Source: a virus | IMG/VR virus record: IMGVR_UViG_3300027974_000021 | DNA: 64,000 bases | Direction: 5' to 3' (one strand) | Part shown: piece after piece, positions 1 to 9,828 of the stretch | Layout: each line of letters opens with the position of its first letter | Numbering within the stretch: position 1 is the first letter of the stretch | Made by a program: the position numbers and the translations under genes | The notes under the pieces: generated by a model | Database searches by the model: none | Told to the model about the DNA's origin: nothing | What the model saw: the letters and a program-made list of their open reading frames with translations, nothing else

Positions 1-1
1 T

Positions 2-931
2 GGTGATAAACAAGAAAGAATTACAACATTAAAAGACAGAGTGTCAGCTCTTTTAGCAAAATTAGGTAAAATTAATCCTGCTGATGAGGATGCTAAAACT
101 CAAATGGCAATTATTAAATCTGATATAGCAACAGCTAGATTAAGATTACAAGGATTACAAAGTAAAGAAGCTGTAGATGTACTGGGACCATTGGGTTCTA
201 TAGATATACAAAATGATCCAATTACACCAGCGATTATGCCATCTTTTATGAAGTTTGGCGAAGAAGTAGAAAATTTAAAAGAAATGAATAAGTACACTGT
301 CAAAACAGTTGTAAAAGATCCAGCAACAATGGCAGGTGGTGAGAAAAGTGAGAATAAAGAATTATCAAGAGTTGTTTTCGCTAAGACACCAGATGATGCA
401 AAAGAAAAAGTTAAAAAAGTATTAAAGACTACTGGATATTCAGTTTTATCTCAACAAATAATTAAAACTGAAACAGTAAAAGAAGAAGAGTTAAAAGAAG
501 CAGGTGCAGGTCTTTGGGCAAACATACAAGCGAGACGTGAAAAAGGATTAAGACCAAAACGTCCAGGAGAAGAAGGATATCCTAAAACTTTAGACATTGA
601 ATCAAAAGAAAATGAAAAAGATGAAGAAGAAAAAGAATTAAAAGAAAAAGATAAAAATGATCCATGTTGGGTAGGTTATAAACAAGTTGGAATGAAAAAG
701 AAAGATGGAAAAGAAGTTCCAAATTGTGTACCTGAGTCAACTAAATTAGAATCTGTTTTAACTTTAATACGAAGAATTAAAGAACAAAAAAAGACTATGT
801 TAGTTGCACGACCAAATAATTTAATGAAAGCAGGACAAGAGAGAGTAGTAAGAATTCCTGTAAGTAAGTGGCAAGACTATCGTAAAAAAGGATTTATACA
901 AGCAGAGGAAAAAGATAATGAAAACTCTTAA
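2..931 (+). CDS. Probable head-packaged (internal) protein, 5'-truncated by the window edge
   Basis: Frame is open from position 2. K/E-rich, with recurrent LKE/VKE/LE motifs like prohead-protease sites. Contains the short modules GLWANIQARREKG and DPCWVGYKQVGMKKKDGKEVPNCVP typical of aquatic T4-like late proteins. Confidence 0.55.
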   Translation, partial: GDKQERITTLKDRVSALLAKLGKINPADEDAKTQMAIIKSDIATARLRLQGLQSKEAVDVLGPLGSIDIQNDPITPAIMPSFMKFGEEVENLKEMNKYTVKTVVKDPATMAGGEKSENKELSRVVFAKTPDDAKEKVKKVLKTTGYSVLSQQIIKTETVKEEELKEAGAGLWANIQARREKGLRPKRPGEEGYPKTLDIESKENEKDEEEKELKEKDKNDPCWVGYKQVGMKKKDGKEVPNCVPESTKLESVLTLIRRIKEQKKTMLVARPNNLMKAGQERVVRIPVSKWQDYRKKGFIQAEEKDNENS

Positions 932-1217
932 AGACTTTTTAACAGAACAAAAGCAAGAACTACCAAAACCATTTATTGAACAAATAAAAAAGTACACGTA
1001 TCATAACGATCACTTTAAAGCAAGAGCATATATTGCTACATTAATGGGAAATAAAAGACTTGCTAAATTATATGATTCACTAGAAAAACTACATGATGAA
1101 TATTATAGTTATTTTGGAAATGATGTAATTGATCTTCGATCAAAAATTGAAGTAAATTTAAAAAATGATATAAAAAATTATTATTCCAATTGGGAAGAAG
1201 TAATTAAAGCATTATAA
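918..1217 (+). CDS. Hypothetical protein, probable internal head protein
   Basis: N-terminus MKTLKDFLTE resembles the T4 capsid-targeting sequence (MKTYQEFIAE-like). Confidence 0.5.
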   Translation: MKTLKDFLTEQKQELPKPFIEQIKKYTYHNDHFKARAYIATLMGNKRLAKLYDSLEKLHDEYYSYFGNDVIDLRSKIEVNLKNDIKNYYSNWEEVIKAL

Positions 1218-1231
1218 AAAAGGAAACAAAA

Positions 1232-1867
1232 ATGAAACACAATTTAGCTGTGTTTACATTATGTTTTGTTATCGGCTTATTTGCCTTGAATCGAGTGTCT
1301 TTGGCACAAACACAAACAAATACGAGTGGAAGTAATACTGCTATTACAGGTGGTTATTCTTCAACATCTAATTCAACTTTTCAATCAGGTTCATCAAGCA
1401 ACACTACATCGACAACGTCGAATACAACAAATGCATATAGTGGTGATACAAGAGTGACTGCTCCAGCAAATGCTCCGAGTATGTCAGCTTATTCACAAGA
1501 CTTATGTTTAGTGGGTTATTCTGCTGGTGTATCTACATTTGGTTTAGGTGTCACTGGTGGATCTTATTCATCAGATTTAAATTGCGAAAGAATTAAACTT
1601 TCTAAAGTATTAAATGATTTAGGAATGAAAGTGGCAGCAGTTTCTATACTATGTCAAGATCCTAGAGTATTTTTTGCGATGGAACAATCTGGAACTCCTT
1701 GTCCATTTGAAGGAAAGATTGGTGCTGAAGCGAATGCAGCATGGTTAAAATATGACAAGTTAAGACCAGACTATAATCAGTATGTTGATAAGCTTGTTGT
1801 AATTGAAAATGCACGTAAAGAAGAAGAACTTAAGAAGTTAAATGGAGGAACTACTGAAAAAAAGTAG
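1232..1867 (+). CDS. Secreted/membrane Cys-containing conserved phage protein
   Basis: Signal peptide, S/T-rich linker, then a Cys-rich core (QDLC...NCERIK...LCQDPRV...GTPCP); SD aagga upstream. Confidence 0.6.
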   Translation: MKHNLAVFTLCFVIGLFALNRVSLAQTQTNTSGSNTAITGGYSSTSNSTFQSGSSSNTTSTTSNTTNAYSGDTRVTAPANAPSMSAYSQDLCLVGYSAGVSTFGLGVTGGSYSSDLNCERIKLSKVLNDLGMKVAAVSILCQDPRVFFAMEQSGTPCPFEGKIGAEANAAWLKYDKLRPDYNQYVDKLVVIENARKEEELKKLNGGTTEKK

Positions 1868-1937
1868 TTTCCAACATTGCTGATAATAATGCAAGTACGA
1901 GCGATAACGATGATAATTCAACAAAAGGAGAATTCTC

Positions 1938-2006
1938 ATGGCGATACTTATTGTTATTATTATTATTTGTTGGGGTGCTTATTTAACATTTTTTAAGAAG
2001 AAGTAA
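1938..2006 (+). CDS. Single-pass membrane micropeptide (22 aa)
   Basis: Manual translation MAILIVIIIICWGAYLTFFKKK; AGGAG SD upstream. Confidence 0.5.
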   Translation: MAILIVIIIICWGAYLTFFKKK

Positions 2007-2009
2007 GCT

Positions 2010-2270
2010 ATGCCTAGAAAAAGAAAAAGGCAAAGACTTTCAGCTTTAGAAAAATTAAAAAAGAAAGCACCTAAGATACCAGACTTTACTTGTCCTGATA
2101 TAGACCATTTAATTAATTATGTGGAAGATCTTGATATACTTAAACGTGGACAATTAACTTATTTTAAACGACGTATGGAAGCTTTAAGAAGTGCCAACGA
2201 TGGTTTAAGAGATAGTGGTATATATTGGTATGATAGAATGAAAGAACATTTAAACGAAGATGAAAAATAA
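2010..2270 (+). CDS. Hypothetical basic protein
   Basis: ORF track; packed between neighbouring genes. Confidence 0.6.
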   Translation: MPRKRKRQRLSALEKLKKKAPKIPDFTCPDIDHLINYVEDLDILKRGQLTYFKRRMEALRSANDGLRDSGIYWYDRMKEHLNEDEK

Positions 2271-4071
2271 ATTATTAAAAACTGATTACAAAAAACTAAG
2301 GATATCTTTATTCTTAGTATCGTTATTGTCATGTCTTTTTATTAATACAGCATACTCACAAACATCTACAACTACTGTGACAGTAAATGGTAATACAACC
2401 ACAACTACAGTGACAACTAATACACCAGTTAGTTCCACTGTAGTTCCAAATACTCCAAATTTTGGTGACATAACAACTAATTCTACAGTGTCACAACAAA
2501 CTCAAACAACAGTTGCAGAAGCAAATAAAAATTCTGGAAACTTATTTTCAGGAACTAATTTCTGTAATGGTGGATGGACTGGTACACAAATTACAAATAG
2601 TCCATCAGGACAGACTAGCGATTTAGGTTGTAATTATTTAACAGGTAAGGGTCAGTCAACTTATGCTGAAAATAGTTTAATACTTACAGATAAAGGAATA
2701 TCTAAAATAGAACAAAATTTAGGATTTACTCAATCAGCATCAGCATATACTCATCATTTCTGGAATTGGGAAACTAATGTCAATATGTCCCATTCAGTAA
2801 TTAATAATGATACTGGTGGAACAATTACACAAAATAGAGTAATATCAGGAAATAGAAGTATTAATAATGGTAATCCAGGAATAAAAAGTTTAGATAATAT
2901 TAGTATTGGAGCAAATAGTGCGTCAGGATATACATCTAAGATAAGATTTGATTTATGGACACCGCAATATAACGGAACTTGGGTGGGTGTTGATATTTCT
3001 CAACCTAATTTAAACATTACATATACAGGTTTAACAATCACAGTATCAGTTCCTGTGATAACAAGCATAACTACAGTCGAAACTTGTCAATCATTAGGCA
3101 CTTGTTATGTACCAGCAGTTATTGAATTGCCTACATTTTTAGCTCCAACAACAGGTGGTACAACAACAGAATTAATTACTGAAGAAAAAATTAAAGAAAT
3201 ATTTAAAGAAGAATTTATTAAAGTAGGTCTAACTGCAACAGATATTGGTATGACTAATTTAGATTATAAAGAAATGGCTACTCAAATAAACACAACAGCT
3301 ATGGCTGATATGAAAGAAGCAAACCCATCTATTTTTGGACCAGCAACAGATGTTGGTGTAGGTGGAAAAAGTGTTGGAACTACAACAGAACCAGCACCAA
3401 TTATATCATCACCAATTACATCATCAACTTCGACAATGAATACAACAAGTGACGATAAACCTACAATAAAGGAATCATCAAATGTCAGTTCAAACTCAGA
3501 AACAACTACAAAAACGTCAAGCGAAACAACTACAAAAACGTCAAGCACGACAACTGAAAAAACAGAAACTTCTACAGCTAAGTCTACTCCAAGCGAAAAT
3601 ACGAAAACAGAAGGATCGTCGTCAAAGACGTCATCATCTGAAAATGTATCGAATGAAAAGGGAAGCACTACTGCGTCAGGGTCTATTAATACCAGCAATG
3701 CTACTCCAAAAGATGAAAAAATCAGCGTAAGTGTAAAAGCTGCAGTTGACAAAGTTGAAAGAGAATTAAAAAGTATAGGTGATAAAACAAAAGCAATACA
3801 AGAAATTAAAATTGATGGGATTAAAGCAGGTGCTCCAAATTTAGGAACTTATGAGAATCGTGCTTTTTACGAACCTAAATATTATAATGGAGTACCAAAT
3901 CCAGATTTTTATTTACAAGCTGATATAGCACAAAAGCCAGTTTATGCAAATGTGACGTTAGCAGCATATACAAATAATGATCCAATTGGAAAACAACAAG
4001 CAGCAATGCAAGAAATTCAAGATGAAATGAATGATATAATTATTCAACTTGAACAACTAAAAAGGAAATAA
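2260..4071 (+). CDS. Large secreted S/T-rich protein with C-terminal coiled coil
   Basis: Signal peptide (AYS-Q), beta-rich N-domain, mucin-like S/T/E/K stalk, heptad-like C-terminus. Confidence 0.65.
   Translation: MKNKLLKTDYKKLRISLFLVSLLSCLFINTAYSQTSTTTVTVNGNTTTTTVTTNTPVSSTVVPNTPNFGDITTNSTVSQQTQTTVAEANKNSGNLFSGTNFCNGGWTGTQITNSPSGQTSDLGCNYLTGKGQSTYAENSLILTDKGISKIEQNLGFTQSASAYTHHFWNWETNVNMSHSVINNDTGGTITQNRVISGNRSINNGNPGIKSLDNISIGANSASGYTSKIRFDLWTPQYNGTWVGVDISQPNLNITYTGLTITVSVPVITSITTVETCQSLGTCYVPAVIELPTFLAPTTGGTTTELITEEKIKEIFKEEFIKVGLTATDIGMTNLDYKEMATQINTTAMADMKEANPSIFGPATDVGVGGKSVGTTTEPAPIISSPITSSTSTMNTTSDDKPTIKESSNVSSNSETTTKTSSETTTKTSSTTTEKTETSTAKSTPSENTKTEGSSSKTSSSENVSNEKGSTTASGSINTSNATPKDEKISVSVKAAVDKVERELKSIGDKTKAIQEIKIDGIKAGAPNLGTYENRAFYEPKYYNGVPNPDFYLQADIAQKPVYANVTLAAYTNNDPIGKQQAAMQEIQDEMNDIIIQLEQLKRK
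3499..3546 (+). repeat. Perfect 24-bp tandem duplication (GAAACAACTACAAAAACGTCAAGC x2)
   Basis: Read directly; encodes ETTTKTSS twice. Confidence 0.9.
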
Positions 4072-4074
4072 ACA

Positions 4075-4311
4075 ATGATAGATAAAATAAAAGCAAATTT
4101 AAAAGAGATAATCGCTACAGTAGCAATTATTGGTACAATCGGTGGTGGTTTTATCAAGTATGGTGAAATCATGAGTAAGATTGATAGCATTGATCCAGCA
4201 AAAGCAAGCGAGATGAGAAAAGAATTTGCTGTTCTACAAAAAGAAGTAGATTTAATTAAAGTGCAAATTAAAGAATTACGACAATTAAATTCTAATCCAT
4301 TAGCAAGATAA
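4075..4311 (+). CDS. Small TM plus coiled-coil protein
   Basis: Hydrophobic IIATVAIIGTIGGGFI followed by heptads. Confidence 0.6.
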   Translation: MIDKIKANLKEIIATVAIIGTIGGGFIKYGEIMSKIDSIDPAKASEMRKEFAVLQKEVDLIKVQIKELRQLNSNPLAR

Positions 4312-4355
4312 TTAAAGACTTTATATTATATAACAATCTTTAACTAAGGAGAGTT

Positions 4356-4424
4356 ATGCTAATTACAATCGGAATGGTTATATTCATTCTCATTATAGCG
4401 TATATAATAATAAGTCAAGATTAA
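4356..4424 (+). CDS. Single-pass membrane micropeptide (22 aa)
   Basis: Manual translation MLITIGMVIFILIIAYIIISQD; AGGAG SD upstream. Confidence 0.5.
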   Translation: MLITIGMVIFILIIAYIIISQD

Positions 4425-4429
4425 AAAAT

Positions 4430-4675
4430 ATGAAAATAATATTAAACAAAATCGGAATACAACTAAAAATACTTTTCTTTATGTCAGCATTTATTAGTTT
4501 ATTTTATGTAGGATTACTCCTTGGAGAGTATCGTGCATTAAGAGATTATTGTTTAGTAGAAAATAAAAAATGTGATATTTCTTCTGTTGTAGAAAAAGGA
4601 TCTTTTATTACTTTTAGAAATTCTTCATCTACAACAGACAATATAAAAAAACATTTTAACAACTCGAAAAATTAA
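4430..4675 (+). CDS. Hypothetical membrane protein
   Basis: One TM segment; ORF track. Confidence 0.5.
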   Translation: MKIILNKIGIQLKILFFMSAFISLFYVGLLLGEYRALRDYCLVENKKCDISSVVEKGSFITFRNSSSTTDNIKKHFNNSKN

Positions 4676-6268
4676 ATGACACCAGTAGATAAAACTAAAA
4701 AAGATAATTTGGCTAGAGGAATTCTTACATACAAAGATTTTAAAAGATTATTAGATATACAGAATTTACAAGGCACTCAAGCATTCGCTCAAAATACTCA
4801 AGCAACAATTGATGAAATTGATGAAGGAATGTTTAAAAATATGGCAATTGACTTACAAGATTTGTCAGCTGATGATTTTTATAATAAGTATAAAATGACG
4901 AAAGCAGAAGCAATGCGTAAGTATGGTAAAAGCGAATCTGTTATCGATATTCCACAAAAAACTTATTCAAAGTTAGTTTTTGATAATGCTGATACAGAAG
5001 AACCAAAATTAAAAGAGTCAGTAAGAAAAATTATATTAGATCAAATAGAAGAATTTAAAAAGAAAGCACCAGTTATAAAATTTAGTTTAATTGGTTCAAT
5101 ACTTACTAAACAATATAGAGATGATGCTGATTTAGATGTTAATGTTCTTTTTGATGTTCCAGAAAATCAAAGAGATGAAAAGAGATTAGAAATTGCTAAA
5201 TCATTAAGAGATATAAATGGCAAAACAGTTCCAGGAACTAATCATCCTATTAATTACTTTGTATTAACAGATCCAAAATTAAAAGAAAGAAATGATAATT
5301 TAAGTGATGGTATTTTTGATATTGCGAAAAATGAATTTATTAAAAAACCAGTAGAATTTAAATTTAATCCTGAGAAATACGCAAAAGATTTTGAAGACAA
5401 AGTAAAAAGATTAGATGTTGTTAAAGGTGAATTAGAAAGAGACATAGTTGATTATCAAGATTTAAAACGTTTAGATCCAGACAATGTTGAAAACTTAAAA
5501 GGAATCGTTTCGAAGAAGATTGGTGAAATTATGTCAGGTATTAAAGCATTAGTAGATGCTGGCGATCAAACTATGAAAGATCGTAAAGAAGTTTTTGATG
5601 CTGACTTGACACCAGATGAAATACGTGAGTATGGCAAGAAGAATGCTTTACCTAAAAATGTTATTTACAAAATGCTTGAGAAATATCATTACTTAACATT
5701 CTATAAAAAATTAAAAGAAATAATAAAAGATGGAGAAGTTTCTGACTCAGAAATAGCTTCAATAAAAGAATCAAACGATCCTTATGATTCTAAATTTGAT
5801 TTTGGTTTAGATGATTATGAAATGGATTCAATTATTCGTAAGTATGATAATGAAGATCCACTTGAAGATGACGATTATTTGGATATATACGATGATGAAG
5901 AATTAGAAGTTGTTGACGATGAAAACACTACTTATGATGTTCCTACAATTAAAGAAGTTCTTACAAGACCAGAACGTATTAAATCACGTATTCGTTTTGC
6001 AAGAACAAAAGGAAGAAGAAATGCTAAATTACGTCTTGCTTTAAAAAGAGCATCAACAATGGACGTAGTAAATAAAAGAGCAAGAAGACTTGCAATTAAT
6101 AAAATTAAAAAATTATTATTTAAAAAGTCACCAGCAAATATGTCAGTTGCTGAAAGAGAACGAGCAGAAAAACGTATAGCAGCATTACCAAAATCTTATA
6201 TTAATAATTTTGCTATGAAACTTGTTCCTGTTGTTCGTAAAATTGAAAGAACAAGATTAACAAAATAA
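4676..6268 (+). CDS. Pol-beta-superfamily nucleotidyltransferase-domain protein, probably virion-packaged
   Basis: hhGS-x-DxD motif (LIGSILTKQYRDDADLDVNV), an acidic linker and a very basic C-terminal helical domain. Confidence 0.65.
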   Translation: MTPVDKTKKDNLARGILTYKDFKRLLDIQNLQGTQAFAQNTQATIDEIDEGMFKNMAIDLQDLSADDFYNKYKMTKAEAMRKYGKSESVIDIPQKTYSKLVFDNADTEEPKLKESVRKIILDQIEEFKKKAPVIKFSLIGSILTKQYRDDADLDVNVLFDVPENQRDEKRLEIAKSLRDINGKTVPGTNHPINYFVLTDPKLKERNDNLSDGIFDIAKNEFIKKPVEFKFNPEKYAKDFEDKVKRLDVVKGELERDIVDYQDLKRLDPDNVENLKGIVSKKIGEIMSGIKALVDAGDQTMKDRKEVFDADLTPDEIREYGKKNALPKNVIYKMLEKYHYLTFYKKLKEIIKDGEVSDSEIASIKESNDPYDSKFDFGLDDYEMDSIIRKYDNEDPLEDDDYLDIYDDEELEVVDDENTTYDVPTIKEVLTRPERIKSRIRFARTKGRRNAKLRLALKRASTMDVVNKRARRLAINKIKKLLFKKSPANMSVAERERAEKRIAALPKSYINNFAMKLVPVVRKIERTRLTK

Positions 6269-6270
6269 TT

Positions 6271-6624
6271 ATGGTTAAAAAATTTAAAGATTTAAAAGAA
6301 GATATTATAGATTTAGTTTGTGAAACTAGATCATATGATGATTTAATACAAGAAGAATCTGAATATCAAGGTAAGGCTGTGACTTTAAATAAGCCATTTA
6401 GAACTTCTGGTGGACCAAAGAAATTTGCTGTATATGTTAAAAACAGTTCTGGTAATGTGGTTATAGTTAGATTTGGTGATCCTAAAATGGAAATTAAAAG
6501 AGACGATCCAGCAAGACGTAAAAGTTTTAGAGCAAGACATAATTGTGATACAGCTAATGACAAAACTACACCCAGATATTGGTCATGTTATCAATGGCGT
6601 GCAGGGTCAAAAGTAGAGGGATAA
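6271..6624 (+). CDS. Conserved phage protein (FGDP...RRKSFRARHNC...YWSC family)
   Basis: Recognisable motif common in aquatic T4-like phages; function unknown. Confidence 0.6.
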   Translation: MVKKFKDLKEDIIDLVCETRSYDDLIQEESEYQGKAVTLNKPFRTSGGPKKFAVYVKNSSGNVVIVRFGDPKMEIKRDDPARRKSFRARHNCDTANDKTTPRYWSCYQWRAGSKVEG

Positions 6625-6629
6625 ACTGT

Positions 6630-6637
6630 ACTAAATA
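6630..6637 (+). promoter_or_regulatory. T4-type late promoter (ACTAAATA)
   Basis: Matches the gp55-type NTAAATA consensus upstream of structural genes; same motif at 29777, 39621 and 62308. Confidence 0.5.
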
Positions 6638-6683
6638 GAGTTTGAAGGCACATAATACAATATAATAACAATAAGGATATAAA

Positions 6684-6917
6684 ATGAGTGAAAATAAACA
6701 AGATAATACATCAGTGAAAGTACAAGAAGCTACAGTTGAGACTCCTAAAGTTGAAGCACAACCAGCAGCAGCACCAAAAGTAGAAGTACAAGCTGAAGTA
6801 AAAGCTGAAGTTAAGGTTGAAACACAACCAGCTGAAGTAAAAGTAGAAGCACCTAAAAATAGATTAATAGATGGTGCGGTAGACGCATTAAACAAAAAAT
6901 TAGATTTCAGAGTATAA
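6684..6917 (+). CDS. Hypothetical low-complexity (A/E/V/K/P) protein
   Basis: ORF track; SD AAGGA. Confidence 0.55.
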   Translation: MSENKQDNTSVKVQEATVETPKVEAQPAAAPKVEVQAEVKAEVKVETQPAEVKVEAPKNRLIDGAVDALNKKLDFRV

Positions 6918-7253
6918 ATGGAAGAGAATTTTAAGAAAAAAATATTGAAAAAACTATCAACTCCTGTATCGGATTATTTAAAAAAGAAACAACCTTTAAA
7001 TAATGAAAATGATCCAGGAGAATATGATAGTGAAGGATCTATGGCTAAAAGTCAATTAACTTCAATATTAAATAATGCTAAAGAGATTAAAGAAATGCTT
7101 AATGACAATGATAATCTTCCTGAATGGGTACAAAGTAAAATAACAAAAGCAGAAGATTATATATCTACATGCAAAGATTATTTAAAATCAGAAAAGACAC
7201 AAAAGACTGAAAACATAAAAGAAAGTTTTTCAGATTTTATTAAAAAGAATTGA
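6918..7253 (+). CDS. Conserved phage head-associated hypothetical protein
   Basis: EGSMAKSQL...LPEWVQSKITKAEDY motif typical of T4-like aquatic phages. Confidence 0.55.
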   Translation: MEENFKKKILKKLSTPVSDYLKKKQPLNNENDPGEYDSEGSMAKSQLTSILNNAKEIKEMLNDNDNLPEWVQSKITKAEDYISTCKDYLKSEKTQKTENIKESFSDFIKKN

Positions 7254-7326
7254 ATAACTATATTATAGCTATAATAACAAATAATCATTCTTAAGGTGAT
7301 TATTTTAACTTAAAAGGAAAATTACT

Positions 7327-8547
7327 ATGTCATTATGGGGAAATAAAGATAGTAAAACAGCTACAGGAACAGTTGCTATTGCCGCAGATGGCGCAGTGAC
7401 TGGAACTTCAACTGCTTTTACTACAGAATCAAGAGTCGGTGATTTTATTCGTGTATCAAATGAAGATTATCGAATTACTGTCATCACTTCAAACACAGCA
7501 GCAACTGTTGTTGCTGGTGTTGTTGGTGCAACACTTACTGCAGTTAATGCAGGTGCATCATATACATTATCAGAAAAACCAAAGTATGTATCTGATCCAA
7601 CTAAAGTTTTTGGAGTAGATGCTACAGAAGCAGTATCAGGTGGAGACAATGTAGTTTCTATCGCTGTTGCTTCTGGTGGTCTTCGTTATCTAGAAACACC
7701 TGCAGTCACATTGACTGCTCCAGTATCGTTGACTATTCCAACGACTGCTGTTTCTATCGCTGACGATACTATCACTTCTGCTAATCATAGATTATTAACT
7801 GGTACTAAACTAACATACTTAAAAGTAGGTGCAACTGCAATTACTGGTTTGGTAGATGGTACTGCTTACTTCATTATTGTGGTTGATGGTGATACATTTA
7901 AATTAGCAAGTTCTTTATCAAATGCTCAAGCTGGTACTGCCATTAACTTGACTGGTACTGGTACTAGTACACAAACTTTCACTGGTGATACTGCTACAGG
8001 TACTGCAACTATCTCTGGTGGTTTGGTCACAGCAGTTGCTGTCACTGACTCAGGTTCTGCGTACACATCAGCTCCAACTGTTGTTGTTGGCAAACCTCGT
8101 CGTACTATTCCTACTTCTGGAATTACAACAGCTACTGATACTATTGCTTACACTACACATGGCTTAAATGCTGCTGATGTACTTGTTTATAACAATGGTG
8201 GTGGATCTTCTGCAACTGGTTTAACTTCTGGTACAACATACTATGTTATATCTTCTGGTTTAACTGCAAATGCATTTAAAGTTTCTGCTACTGATGGTGG
8301 ATCAGCTGTTGATATTACTGGTACTGGTAATAATGCTCAGTACTTTGAAATCCAAGCATCTACTAACCAAGCAACTGCTACATCTTCACTAGGAGATTCT
8401 TCTACAAGTGGAACAGCTCATGCTGGTTGGGTACTAAGAACAGTAGGAACAGGTGGACGTGCTGGTAGAGTAAATTATGAAACACTTGTTGCTATGGGAA
8501 CAATCGCTGGCGATCAAGCTGACGATACTGAGTTCAAAGATAGTTAA
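7327..8547 (+). CDS. Virion structural fibre/decoration protein
   Basis: MSLWG N-terminus and HAGWV...ETLVAM C-terminus; T/A/G-rich; two internal repeats (IPTxxxxxxxDTIxxxxHxL...GLxxGTxYyhI...FKhxxxxxxxxhxhTGTG). Confidence 0.7.
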   Translation: MSLWGNKDSKTATGTVAIAADGAVTGTSTAFTTESRVGDFIRVSNEDYRITVITSNTAATVVAGVVGATLTAVNAGASYTLSEKPKYVSDPTKVFGVDATEAVSGGDNVVSIAVASGGLRYLETPAVTLTAPVSLTIPTTAVSIADDTITSANHRLLTGTKLTYLKVGATAITGLVDGTAYFIIVVDGDTFKLASSLSNAQAGTAINLTGTGTSTQTFTGDTATGTATISGGLVTAVAVTDSGSAYTSAPTVVVGKPRRTIPTSGITTATDTIAYTTHGLNAADVLVYNNGGGSSATGLTSGTTYYVISSGLTANAFKVSATDGGSAVDITGTGNNAQYFEIQASTNQATATSSLGDSSTSGTAHAGWVLRTVGTGGRAGRVNYETLVAMGTIAGDQADDTEFKDS

Positions 8548-8630
8548 TAAATAAAATAAAAACAATCCTAGAGTTGGGATGGTTAGATACAAATAATCAT
8601 CCCCTCTATAACATATAATAGGAGAAAATA

Positions 8631-9224
8631 ATGGCTGATCAAAAAATATCAGATTTAACTGCTGCAACCAGTGCTGCTGGTGCAGATCTATTCACACTCG
8701 TACAGGGTGGTTCGAATAAAAAAATAACAATTACAAACTTCTTAGCAAACTTGAATTCTGCTGTAATAGTAAATTCAAATGGTGCTGACCAAGATACTCG
8801 TATCTCTGGAGATAACGATAACAATCTACTTTTCACAGATGCTTCTGCTGATAAAGTAGGTATCGGTACTTCTACACCATCTGAGAAACTTGACGTTGCT
8901 GGTAATTTAGCAATATCAAATGGATTCTTAACTTTTTCACAAACACCTCAAGCTGCAACAGGTAATGCTGCTGCAAGTTTGTCAACAGCTATAACTAACT
9001 TTACTTTATCTTCTGGAAGTGATTCTTTATCTCTTGCAGCAGGTTCAACAGGTCAAGTTAAAATTATAAATGTAATAGCAGGTGCTGGTTCAGTATCAAT
9101 TAACGTTGCGACTCGAGTTGGATTCACAACAGTTAATAGTAGTACTGTTGGTGGGACAATAACGTTATTAGCATTAGCTAGTGGATGGATAATTCTATCA
9201 GCTAGAAATATGACAATAGCATAA
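8631..9224 (+). CDS. Short tail-fibre-like structural protein
   Basis: MADQKISDLTAAT start and VGIGTSTPSEKLDVAGN fibre repeat. Confidence 0.65.
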   Translation: MADQKISDLTAATSAAGADLFTLVQGGSNKKITITNFLANLNSAVIVNSNGADQDTRISGDNDNNLLFTDASADKVGIGTSTPSEKLDVAGNLAISNGFLTFSQTPQAATGNAAASLSTAITNFTLSSGSDSLSLAAGSTGQVKIINVIAGAGSVSINVATRVGFTTVNSSTVGGTITLLALASGWIILSARNMTIA

Positions 9225-9245
9225 TATATAATAAAGGTTTAAATT

Positions 9246-9467
9246 ATGACATATAATGTAAAAAGTAAAATTGAAGAGTATTCTAAAATTTTAGGAGAAA
9301 AACAAAGTTTCTTAATTCAACTTCGCAATACAACAGCTCAAACTATAAAAGAGATTGATATGTTGACTGGTGCTATACAAGCATTAAATGAAGTAGAAAT
9401 TTCAACTAAATTAAAAGAAGAAACTTCAACCAAAGATAATGACAGAGCAAAAACTAGCGGAAAATAA
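9246..9467 (+). CDS. Small coiled-coil protein (possible fibre chaperone)
   Basis: Heptad pattern ending LTGAIQAL; follows the fibre gene. Confidence 0.45.
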   Translation: MTYNVKSKIEEYSKILGEKQSFLIQLRNTTAQTIKEIDMLTGAIQALNEVEISTKLKEETSTKDNDRAKTSGK

Positions 9468-9828
9468 TTTCCTAAGTTATGCTATTAAATATTATGATAA
9501 TCCTACTATTGGGAATTTATCAGAATTTGAAGATGATTTAAAAAGATTTATTCATCTTTCTAAACTTTTAAAAAGATATAAACTTTCTTTAAATATAGAT
9601 GATTTAAAAGAAAGACTTATATTAAATCATATAATTATTATCTATAATCTTTGGGGACAATCTGCAACAAAAATGTTGTTTTTTAAGATAGGTGAAGATA
9701 ATTGGAATGTATTAATTCCTTTTCTTACCTATCTTGGAAGACTGCCTGAGTTTATTCCAGACACAGCAGTTCGCACAACAAGTTTGACGATTGATGAAAA
9801 CGTACAAAAGAAATTAAGAGAAATATAA
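9439..9828 (+). CDS. Conserved T4-like hypothetical protein
   Basis: YAIKYYDNP...EFEDDLKRF...ERLILNHII motif. Confidence 0.65.
   Translation: MTEQKLAENNFLSYAIKYYDNPTIGNLSEFEDDLKRFIHLSKLLKRYKLSLNIDDLKERLILNHIIIIYNLWGQSATKMLFFKIGEDNWNVLIPFLTYLGRLPEFIPDTAVRTTSLTIDENVQKKLREI

Noticed and set aside
3282-3752. Antisense 156-aa ORF and alternate-frame 82-aa ORF
   Set aside because: By-products of the low-complexity S/T/E/K coding of 2260..4071.
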